Shown here: positions 1 to 7,671 of the stretch, one piece after another
Layout of the letters: each line of letters begins with the position of its first letter
How positions within the stretch are numbered: position 1 is the stretch's first letter
From: a virus
Lineage: Duplodnaviria; Caudoviricetes
IMG/VR virus record: IMGVR_UViG_3300032259_000008
Span: 1 to 39,395 of that record
DNA length: 39,395 bases
Strand: one strand, 5' to 3'
The notes under the pieces: generated by a model
Database searches by the model: none
Told to the model about the DNA's origin: nothing
Seen by the model: the letters and a program-made list of their open reading frames with translations, nothing else
Program-made: the position numbers and the translations under genes

Positions 1-1
1 T

Positions 2-142
2 GCTAAGTATGTTTTTAATCACGGTCTTATGTGGGTTGACACAGATAAATTTTATAAAGATGATGAAGACTTTAAAAATAACTCAAATGCTAAATTGTGG
101 AAACGCCTAGACTACACAGAAATAGAAGTGGAAGATTATTAA
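2..142 (+). CDS. 3' end of hypothetical protein (truncated by window edge)
   Basis: Open frame AKYVFNHGLMWVD...EVEDY ending in TAA at 140-142. Confidence 0.6.
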   Translation, partial: AKYVFNHGLMWVDTDKFYKDDEDFKNNSNAKLWKRLDYTEIEVEDY

Positions 143-148
143 ATATCT

Positions 149-185
149 TAGATAGATTAAATTTGTTATATAAGGGGATAAGATG
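149..185 (+). repeat. 37-bp intergenic/RBS repeat, copy 1 (copy 2 at 38823-38859)
   Basis: tagatagattaaatttgttatataagggga(t/g)aagatg, one mismatch between copies. Confidence 0.95.
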
Positions 186-599
186 AAAGAGTTTATAGCC
201 TATGATACATTTAATGATGTATTTTACAAAAGAGAAGACAGCAAAACACAAAGAGAGTTTTTAGATAAGATACTTAGTGCCGAAGAGGGCGAAAATGGCA
301 TAACTTATCATGATCTTATTAAAACAGACGATACAGACGAACACAATAAGATATATGCTGATAGTTCTATATTTGAGTTTGATTGTGCCGATGAAAAAGC
401 AATAGGTTATTTTATATATGATGAATATTCTTTATCTTATGTTATCGTGAGTAATTTATCAAAAGAAAAGATAGATAGTCTTAGCTTGTGCCACAACGTA
501 AGCTTTAATAAAGAAAACAATATTATATATCAAGCATACAAGCAAGGGAGTTTTGAAGTAATCGGAACACTACAAGAGAAACCAGAGCTTTTAAAATGA
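183..599 (+). CDS. YopX-like phage protein
   Basis: N-terminal MKEFIAYD, central KIYADSSI, C-terminal FEVIGTLQEKPELLK resembling the YopX 'EVIGNIYENPELL' signature. Confidence 0.65.
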   Translation: MKEFIAYDTFNDVFYKREDSKTQREFLDKILSAEEGENGITYHDLIKTDDTDEHNKIYADSSIFEFDCADEKAIGYFIYDEYSLSYVIVSNLSKEKIDSLSLCHNVSFNKENNIIYQAYKQGSFEVIGTLQEKPELLK

Positions 600-895
600 T
601 AGTGGGTATGCCAAAAGACAAAGCCGTAAGATTTAATAAAACTGAACTTAATAAACGTGTTCAATTTATTATCGAAAAAGAAGTATGCCAAGTATGTGAA
701 GAGGGATATAACTTAGACTATCCACATCATGCAGTTTATGGTTTAGGTAAAAAAGACGATAGAACACTTGTAAATATCTGCATAGAGTGCCATAGAAAAA
801 TACATCAAGACGGTTACGCAAAAGTAGCTAAAACACGTGAAGAGATTGAAGTGATAGGTTGGGAAAATGACGCAGATTATACCGCTAGAAACTGA
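596..895 (+). CDS. HNH-family zinc-binding endonuclease
   Basis: CxxC...HH...LVNICxxCHxxIH motif. Confidence 0.8.
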   Translation: MIVGMPKDKAVRFNKTELNKRVQFIIEKEVCQVCEEGYNLDYPHHAVYGLGKKDDRTLVNICIECHRKIHQDGYAKVAKTREEIEVIGWENDADYTARN

Positions 896-1241
896 AGAAC
901 AAAAAGCGTTAGTGCAATATCTAAACGCTAAGAAGTTGTTTTATTTTGCAGTTCCAAATGGTGCAGTTTTAAAAGGTACACCACTTCAAAGAGCTAGACA
1001 GATGAAGAAATTGAAAGCTGAGGGTTTGATAGCCGGCACATCGGATATTGTCGTGCTACTAAAAGAGAAAATCTTGTTTATAGAAATGAAACGGATCAAA
1101 AAGAGTACAATATCTAAAGAACAAAAAGCATTTTTAGAAAAAGTAAATAAATTCCCTTATGCAGTTGGGAAAGTTTGCAAGGGTGCAAAAGAGGCGATAG
1201 AGTTTATTGAATCGCATATTAAAAAAGAGAATAAAGGATAA
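867..1241 (+). CDS. VRR-NUC domain endonuclease
   Basis: FAVPNG...GLIAGTSD...FIEMK...SKEQKAF PD-(D/E)xK pattern. Confidence 0.9.
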   Translation: MTQIIPLETEEQKALVQYLNAKKLFYFAVPNGAVLKGTPLQRARQMKKLKAEGLIAGTSDIVVLLKEKILFIEMKRIKKSTISKEQKAFLEKVNKFPYAVGKVCKGAKEAIEFIESHIKKENKG

Positions 1242-1244
1242 CTT

Positions 1245-2009
1245 ATGAGTAAAGATATAGCAGAATTAAAAAAGAAGTTTGATGGTGGGGGTTATGTTTG
1301 TTTCAGAAAACATGACAAAGGCTATAACAAACTAGATAATGGTTTCAAGTGGAGAGAACACGCTACATATAAACTAATCTCTCTCAAAGACGCACACATA
1401 GCCGAAGCAGTTGCTAATGATAGTAGTGTGGAAGTTGAGTTTAGTAATCATATGACGAATGGTTACTTTTTAAAAGAAGAAAACTTTTTTGAAAATTATC
1501 AAGCTGATGCAGAGTACAAACTAAAACCTAAACAATGTGATGGTGCATTGAATGGGTGTTATGTTGAAGCTAGTCCAGAGGCTATGAGTGCATTAATGAA
1601 ATTGAAGTACGAGTATCAGTCATTAAGTGGTGTACGTTTTGACGGTTGGTTTTATATAAGTGATAATGCTTTTACTACTCATCAAATAAAAGATGCAATC
1701 ATTGAATATAAAATCAAAGAACTCCACTTCAACAAAGAAACAAAAGAGTTTAGTGAGGTAGCAAGTGAGCCTATGAAGATAACGAGAGATGATATGTTTA
1801 AAATGTTAGTGGGTGCTTCTGTAGAATGGACTCAACAACAGCAACAACAACTGAACAAGATAGCAGACTACACAGAATCACTAGAAGCTGAAATCAAAGA
1901 GCTACAAGATAAGCTTAGTGTTTATGAGAAAGCAGAACGAACAGCGGAACAAAGATTTGGCGACAATGGCAAAAAGTACAAAATCTTAGTAATAGAGGAA
2001 AAGTCATGA
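1245..2009 (+). CDS. hypothetical protein with C-terminal coiled coil
   Basis: 254-aa ORF with AAGGA RBS, coupled to neighbours. Confidence 0.7.
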   Translation: MSKDIAELKKKFDGGGYVCFRKHDKGYNKLDNGFKWREHATYKLISLKDAHIAEAVANDSSVEVEFSNHMTNGYFLKEENFFENYQADAEYKLKPKQCDGALNGCYVEASPEAMSALMKLKYEYQSLSGVRFDGWFYISDNAFTTHQIKDAIIEYKIKELHFNKETKEFSEVASEPMKITRDDMFKMLVGASVEWTQQQQQQLNKIADYTESLEAEIKELQDKLSVYEKAERTAEQRFGDNGKKYKILVIEEKS

Positions 2010-2095
2010 TAACCGGAGAAGATTTTGCAATAGCTTCAATTGTTATAACGGCTACTATTGGGTTAATTATTAAAATGAAAAAGAGGACTAACTAA
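2006..2095 (+). CDS. small membrane peptide (29 aa)
   Basis: ATGA overlap with upstream stop, GAGG RBS, hydrophobic core. Confidence 0.45.
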   Translation: MITGEDFAIASIVITATIGLIIKMKKRTN

Positions 2096-2226
2096 TGAAA
2101 CTAGATATAATCATAGTCATGATATTTATAGCTATTTCTATAACTGGAAGTACCTTACTAATTCAACACGGCTTTGAGTCGGATAGTAAGCCTTGTTTAT
2201 TGGTTGATATTGGAGTGCCGCATTAA
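2095..2226 (+). CDS. small membrane protein (43 aa)
   Basis: TAATG coupling, GAGGA RBS, N-terminal hydrophobic helix. Confidence 0.45.
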   Translation: MKLDIIIVMIFIAISITGSTLLIQHGFESDSKPCLLVDIGVPH

Positions 2227-2248
2227 ATTAATTAAAAAAGGGGAATAG

Positions 2249-2500
2249 ATGAATAAAGACTATACATATTGTGCAAATGAAAATACTTGCATACATAGAA
2301 GAGGCTGTAAGCGTTGGGTAGGTAACTATCCAGATGATGAAGTTAAAGAACTTTACACGGAGGATAGATTTGTTAATGAAATAGATGAAACAAAGTGTAT
2401 TCCAGATTATAGTGATGTAAATTGTACTAATGATTTTGGTATGCTAGATAGATTTAGACTTAGTACTGGTGAATCGTTTAAAAATGGGTTTACGAATTAA
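2249..2500 (+). CDS. Cys-rich hypothetical protein
   Basis: YCANENTCIHRRGCKRW...KCI motif, RBS. Confidence 0.7.
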   Translation: MNKDYTYCANENTCIHRRGCKRWVGNYPDDEVKELYTEDRFVNEIDETKCIPDYSDVNCTNDFGMLDRFRLSTGESFKNGFTN

Positions 2501-2548
2501 TAATTGTCTCTTAACGAGAAGTGTGTAGCTAAGATTAAAGGAAAAAAG

Positions 2549-2767
2549 ATGAAGCTTAGTGAATTAATTAAGAAGTGTGGTGATGATGTAGTAATGTATC
2601 AAAAGTTAGATGATGACTCTATATCTTTTGATGATAAAAAAACACATAGAGAGATAAAGTTTGGAACTCCTGAAACTTTTCACGTAGACAAAACTGTAAA
2701 AATGGGTTTAGTGGTATGGCTTGATAGAGATAAAGTGAAAAGCATATTACAAGAACAAAAAAATTAG
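2549..2767 (+). CDS. hypothetical protein
   Basis: ATG at 2549 preceded by AAAGGA; preferred to the TTG at 2504. Confidence 0.65.
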   Translation: MKLSELIKKCGDDVVMYQKLDDDSISFDDKKTHREIKFGTPETFHVDKTVKMGLVVWLDRDKVKSILQEQKN

Positions 2768-2785
2768 TCGTCCATAAAGGATAGT
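2765..2785 (+). repeat. 21-bp intergenic direct repeat, copy 1 (copy 2 at 3436-3456)
   Basis: tagtcgtccataaaggatagt identical at both sites. Confidence 0.95.
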
Positions 2786-2827
2786 GTGTACTAAGAGATT
2801 AGTTAATTAAGTTATAAGGGATATAGA

Positions 2828-3079
2828 ATGAGAGCAAGTAAAGCAACAAATAGTAAAGTTAATATGTGTGACACGTGTTGTCATCATTTTTCAGACTGTA
2901 AACAAGATTTAATTGAGTTTGGAAACAGCAAAGGAAATGATAATGTAATAGTATGTAGTAGCTATATGTCACAAGCTATGCATAAAAACAGTAGAGATAT
3001 AGAAAGGGCTTTTAAGTTAGGAATTTTCAAAAGATATGACAATAACACTTATGATATTTGGGGTGTTAAAAATGTATGA
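2828..3079 (+). CDS. Cys-rich hypothetical protein
   Basis: NMCDTC...C...GNDNVIVC motif, RBS. Confidence 0.65.
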   Translation: MRASKATNSKVNMCDTCCHHFSDCKQDLIEFGNSKGNDNVIVCSSYMSQAMHKNSRDIERAFKLGIFKRYDNNTYDIWGVKNV

Positions 3080-3389
3080 TTCACTAAAAGACAAACAAGT
3101 AGATGATGGTATAGCAGAGAATGAAGAAAAAGCAAGTGGTGCATTTCTTGATGAAAGTTTCATTAATCAAATGAGATATGAATTAAGAGCTAATATAGAA
3201 AAAGGAAATTGGCAAGAATGGAAGCCATCTTATGACGAGTATTGCAAAGAACTAGACCACCATGTAATGAAGCTGAAGCACGCTATAAACTATACAGATT
3301 ACGAAGCTATTGTTGAACATAGTGCTGATGTTGCAAATATAGCTGAAAAAGGTTTTACTACTTTTAAAAAACCAAAGTGGCAAGAGTGA
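3072..3389 (+). CDS. MazG-like all-alpha NTP pyrophosphatase-fold protein
   Basis: M..EL.AN..KG.W and EHSADVANIA (ExADVxN) motifs. Confidence 0.55.
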   Translation: MYDSLKDKQVDDGIAENEEKASGAFLDESFINQMRYELRANIEKGNWQEWKPSYDEYCKELDHHVMKLKHAINYTDYEAIVEHSADVANIAEKGFTTFKKPKWQE

Positions 3390-3435
3390 CCACCAAATAC
3401 AAGCAAAAAAGACTAACTAAGATTCAAAAGAAAAG

Positions 3436-3456
3436 TAGTCGTCCATAAAGGATAGT
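3436..3456 (+). repeat. 21-bp intergenic direct repeat, copy 2
   Basis: Identical to 2765-2785. Confidence 0.95.
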
Positions 3457-3494
3457 ATATACCCTATGGGGTTGAGAAGATTAAAGGATAGAAA

Positions 3495-3683
3495 ATGATT
3501 TTTAGCACACTATTATTTCTTAGCTGTTTAGTATGGTTAATGATTATAGGCTTAAATTGGAAAATATGGAGTAATGAAAAGTACACATGGCTTGCAATAG
3601 CACTATTAGGTTTATTTATTTCTTCTTTTTTTATCTTTGAATGGTTTAATACTATAGGGCGTGGTGTGATTGTGACCTACTAA
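3495..3683 (+). CDS. small two-TM membrane protein
   Basis: Two hydrophobic stretches, AAAGGA RBS. Confidence 0.65.
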   Translation: MIFSTLLFLSCLVWLMIIGLNWKIWSNEKYTWLAIALLGLFISSFFIFEWFNTIGRGVIVTY

Positions 3684-3789
3684 AGAGTAGGTCTGGAGGT
3701 TGAGCTGAGAAGGCTCGGATGAAGTTTATCCTTGATTGGATAGCTGTATTGTATCAAAAAAGATATTAAAAAGTAAAGGGTGGTTAGTT

Positions 3790-4491
3790 ATGAAAAAAAA
3801 TATTAAAGATATGAGAAAAGAAGTTATTGATTTGAGAGGTGCAAGTCAAGAAGATATTGATAAGCTTGAAATTTTGTTAGACAATATAGGAGAAGATTCT
3901 AGCATAGGCACAATTGAATATATTTATAGTCTTCCTATCCCTGTGCTTTCTTTTAATATTGATTCTCTATCATGGTGCCATGTCTTAAGAGAACAAGCTG
4001 TTCTTGCGATTGCCCTCAAGGACTTCATAAAAAAGTATGATCCTTCATTAAATAAAGAGAAAGGGCTCCCAAGAGTTTTAAAAGTGCAAAAAAATTATTA
4101 CTATGTATATGAGATTGAAAATGGTAGTGTAATTGGTCTATGCCTAAGCGATGAAGACTGTAGTAAAAATATTGGTACTTATGGTTATTGGCTTACTATC
4201 AATATAGAAGAGTACGGAGGTGTTATGCTTAACGAGTGGCAAAAGATAATTGATAATTATGAACTGCAACAAAAGATTGAGAAGTCTAACGAATCAGTAG
4301 AAGATTATCTAGCTAGTCAGCTACCAAAGAAAACGAGCCCCAATATAGATGATGAGATTAAAAAGCTTGAAGATACGATAAAAAGACAAGATTCTTATAT
4401 TAGTGATTTGATGAAAGAGGTTGAAGATAAGGATATTATAATTCAGCATTATATTGAGAGGACGAGCAAGGGAATACCCTCTGCTCTATAA
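3790..4491 (+). CDS. hypothetical protein with C-terminal coiled coil
   Basis: Long ORF; ATG 3790 after a purine-rich RBS-like stretch; last gene of the plus-strand operon. Confidence 0.65.
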   Translation: MKKNIKDMRKEVIDLRGASQEDIDKLEILLDNIGEDSSIGTIEYIYSLPIPVLSFNIDSLSWCHVLREQAVLAIALKDFIKKYDPSLNKEKGLPRVLKVQKNYYYVYEIENGSVIGLCLSDEDCSKNIGTYGYWLTINIEEYGGVMLNEWQKIIDNYELQQKIEKSNESVEDYLASQLPKKTSPNIDDEIKKLEDTIKRQDSYISDLMKEVEDKDIIIQHYIERTSKGIPSAL

Positions 4492-4503
4492 GATTTAGAA
4501 TTG

Positions 4504-4845
4504 TTAATATACGCTCTCAAAGTGGTATGGGTCACTAAGTGTTTTATAGTTCCCTCCCCATCTATTTTGAGGTCTTATAGCACACCAAAATTCGCCCAAT
4601 TTTTCCCAATCTTTATTTTTAGACCATTGGATTTCTCCGCCTACAAAAAGATTGAAATCGATTGCCATTCTGTCTTGATGATTACTTCTTTTGACCTGAG
4701 TCTTGCCATCTTGCAAGTAGATAGCCTGCATCTCTTCTGGTCTCCATAACTCACCTCCTGTTAGCTTATAGCCTTGGCTTACTGCATACTGAACAAACAA
4801 TGAAACATCTTGAAGGAATACCCATTGCTTATTACTTTGGCTCAT
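4504..4845 (-). CDS. endolysin, peptidase M15 family
   Basis: R..E.Q..Y, SNH...AIDF, RWGG...DPYHFE zinc-peptidase motifs. Confidence 0.88.
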   Translation of the reverse strand: MSQSNKQWVFLQDVSLFVQYAVSQGYKLTGGELWRPEEMQAIYLQDGKTQVKRSNHQDRMAIDFNLFVGGEIQWSKNKDWEKLGEFWCAIRPQNRWGGNYKTLSDPYHFESVY

Positions 4846-4847
4846 AG

Positions 4848-5066
4848 TTAAAGCACCTTAGAAACTAAATCTTTAGTAAGTGAATTTAGACTTGACTCTG
4901 TAATAGAGTGAATTATCTCTTTTGCATCGTCATTTGTAATTCCTACTTTATCCACGCCGCTGTCAACTGCTTTTGTTATCAGTTTCTTAGCACCTTCTAT
5001 AGCTACTTTATCGCTTACTATCGCTACTACTATATTTAGTAATATTTTACTTATGATTGACCACAT
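4848..5066 (-). CDS. putative holin / lysis membrane protein
   Basis: Small, hydrophobic N-terminus, directly upstream of endolysin. Confidence 0.45.
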   Translation of the reverse strand: MWSIISKILLNIVVAIVSDKVAIEGAKKLITKAVDSGVDKVGITNDDAKEIIHSITESSLNSLTKDLVSKVL

Positions 5067-5081
5067 TTTAACTCCTTTTGT

Positions 5082-5438
5082 TTATTTTAAAAGCTGTTGT
5101 AACTTAGACTCTATCGTACTAGTTAAATTATTAATAGCTATTGTTAGACCTTTAATGTCACCTTTTAACTCTTGTTCTAAAGTGTTTAAGTCACCTGTTG
5201 TAACATAATGTTTGTCCAATAAATCAATAAGCTTTTTCTCCAATGCTACCTTATCCGCTTTGTCTTGTATTAAAATCCGGTCTATTAAATCCCTACACTC
5301 TTTTTTGTTTCTATCTAGCTTTGTGAAAAGTGTGTTTTGCACTTTAAAGATATAACCTATAATAAACATAAAAACTGTTTGTAAAAAACCAACAAGACTT
5401 AATATGACCGTGACCGCTGTTTCATCCACTTCAAACAC
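5082..5438 (-). CDS. membrane-anchored coiled-coil protein (holin/antiholin candidate)
   Basis: N-terminal TM helix plus coiled coil in lysis cassette; GTG start after AAGGA. Confidence 0.5.
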   Translation of the reverse strand: MFEVDETAVTVILSLVGFLQTVFMFIIGYIFKVQNTLFTKLDRNKKECRDLIDRILIQDKADKVALEKKLIDLLDKHYVTTGDLNTLEQELKGDIKGLTIAINNLTSTIESKLQQLLK

Positions 5439-5444
5439 TCCTTT

Positions 5445-7646
5445 TTAGTTATCTAACGATTTTACTGTAAAGCTAATACCATCTAAAGGTATAGAAATTG
5501 TAGCGCCTAATGAGTTTAATGTAATAAAATACTCATCACCTGTAGTTAAAAATATTTGCTGTGTTATTCTTAAAGTACATTCTGTTTTACTAGCTGCAAA
5601 ATCATTAGAAGCGATAAAAGTCTTATATGCTGCTGTAGCTCTCTCTGTCTCTAACTTTAATATTACCCTTGCGGCTAGTGTTGTATCTAATACTATACTC
5701 ACATCAAATAAGTAATTACCTGAAACAGGTGCTATTCCTTTTGATCCATCATGTAAAAATGTTTCCGTAACTGAATTGTATTTTAATGTCATATTATCAA
5801 GAGGAATTGTAGTATCTGCTGCTGAACTCCACGCTATAGGATAAGTAAAAGTGGACTCGTTAGCATATACGAATAAATCACCATAATTACCGTCTTGTGA
5901 CGTTGCGGTAGGATCGCTTAGTCTATTTCTTCTGAAAGTTGTAAAAGTAAAACCAATAAATGTTATATTTAAAGGAAGAGTGCCAGTGAAATTATCATCT
6001 ATTGAATTTATCCCTCCAGCATTTATTATTATACTAGAACTTACTATTTGACAATTATTGATTTTTATTCCGTCACAATTAAGCAAGTCGATAGGAGCAT
6101 ACCAAAAGGCACATGCTGTAAAAATATGCCCATTCACTACGTCAAAAATCCTTAGGCCCTTATGCCCTGCTGTTGCTGTAGCAGAATGATTAAAGCTACA
6201 CCCAACAAATTGACCGTGAGCATCATTTTCGCCTGGCCCTAATAGCCCGTTGATGTAATTCCATTCAAAGTGACAAGCTGCAAAAGAATTATTTCCTCCT
6301 GTCATTTGTAGACCATAATTTCCTTCGTACCCGTAACAATTTGTAAATGTACAATATTCGTGTCTTTCACCAACATATATATTGGTCCAGTTGTTTCTAC
6401 AATTTACATTATGATAAACTACTCTTTTTCCAAAGTTAAACCCAACATTAACCTCTAAGCCATCTATCCCAAATCTATCAAAACCGTATACATCACAATT
6501 TGATACTGATATGCCACTAAATCCTGAACCTGTACCAAGAGTAACGCCAATAACTAAACCATTTCTCGTACCTACTGGCAAAGAGTTATCATTCCATGTC
6601 GATGTGTCTCCACCATCAAAATCTACACTATCAAGCACAAAATTATCACTATCAATAATCAAGCCATCTTTAGATGCTCCTGCTATTACAGATATAACGG
6701 CTCGACCTCCCTCACAAATAAGACCACCACCTTCAACGGTTGTTAAATCTGATGCTGCATATCTTTTACCAGGAGCAAGTGCGATTATTTTAACACTATT
6801 TATTCCATTCTGAATAGCAACACTATCAACGGTTACCCCATCACCTACAGCACCATAAAACTCTGCTTTTGCCGTTCCATTATATTGTCTAATCCAACAA
6901 CCAAGCCCAACTCCTGTACCTTGAAGTGCTATTGAAACACTTGGATCAACCGATATTCCTCCATCTGCCGTTGCTTTGTCGTATGTTTCGTCCCAATTGA
7001 ATATATCTCCGCCACCGTCATATTTTGCAAGTCTTCCTTTTACGTTAGTCGTTGCAACTGTTGTATCAAGTGCTAATAATTCCGTCATAGTATCGACTGT
7101 GAAAGTTACACCCTTGTTCACTCCTTCTATTGTTATGATAGAGAACTCTACAATAATTTCATCTGTTGCGATCAGCGCATCAGTAAAAAAGAGTGTTCTT
7201 CCGTCAAGATCATAATCTTCTTCTAAGAGATAAGCACCATTTTTGTGAACTCCTACTGTTGATAATGGTGTTTCGTTAAGGACGATTGAATTCCCAATGA
7301 TTCCAGTAAATTCTTCTCTCGTTGGCGTTGCTGCAGTTGGTGATAATTGGACTTGTCCGCCTGCTGGAATATAATTGTTAATAGTCCATACCGTGTTATC
7401 ATTTTTATCATGAAGCGTAACGTCAAACTGACCATCTGTAATATAAACGTCTGCTTTACCACTTGAGCTTAATATGATGGGGTATGCATTTTTAGTTTGC
7501 ATTGTTGATGTTGTGAATGTATCAACTTTGTCGCCACTTACAGAATCATAAAAATATAACTTACCATACGGTACTACTTGACCATTATTACCCGTTGCTT
7601 GAAACTTCCCGTCTGAGAAGATTACTGCTTTTACTTCGTCTGCCAT
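5445..7646 (-). CDS. tailspike / receptor-binding protein with right-handed beta-helix
   Basis: Podovirus-type N-terminal anchor (GKLYFY...NAYPIIL..SG.A.VY), YGAVGDGVT.DS.AIQ pectate-lyase-like start, Asn/Cys-rich beta-helix repeats. Confidence 0.88.
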   Translation of the reverse strand: MADEVKAVIFSDGKFQATGNNGQVVPYGKLYFYDSVSGDKVDTFTTSTMQTKNAYPIILSSSGKADVYITDGQFDVTLHDKNDNTVWTINNYIPAGGQVQLSPTAATPTREEFTGIIGNSIVLNETPLSTVGVHKNGAYLLEEDYDLDGRTLFFTDALIATDEIIVEFSIITIEGVNKGVTFTVDTMTELLALDTTVATTNVKGRLAKYDGGGDIFNWDETYDKATADGGISVDPSVSIALQGTGVGLGCWIRQYNGTAKAEFYGAVGDGVTVDSVAIQNGINSVKIIALAPGKRYAASDLTTVEGGGLICEGGRAVISVIAGASKDGLIIDSDNFVLDSVDFDGGDTSTWNDNSLPVGTRNGLVIGVTLGTGSGFSGISVSNCDVYGFDRFGIDGLEVNVGFNFGKRVVYHNVNCRNNWTNIYVGERHEYCTFTNCYGYEGNYGLQMTGGNNSFAACHFEWNYINGLLGPGENDAHGQFVGCSFNHSATATAGHKGLRIFDVVNGHIFTACAFWYAPIDLLNCDGIKINNCQIVSSSIIINAGGINSIDDNFTGTLPLNITFIGFTFTTFRRNRLSDPTATSQDGNYGDLFVYANESTFTYPIAWSSAADTTIPLDNMTLKYNSVTETFLHDGSKGIAPVSGNYLFDVSIVLDTTLAARVILKLETERATAAYKTFIASNDFAASKTECTLRITQQIFLTTGDEYFITLNSLGATISIPLDGISFTVKSLDN

Positions 7647-7671
7647 GATTTTTCCTTTGTGTTATTTTACC

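Noticed and set aside
596-720. Diversity-generating retroelement template/variable repeat pair
   Set aside because: Differences are mostly synonymous and not adenine-specific, and no reverse transcriptase is present.
2765-3456. CRISPR or mini-CRISPR array
   Set aside because: Only two exact copies, about 670 bp apart and separated by genes; no spacer periodicity or cas genes.
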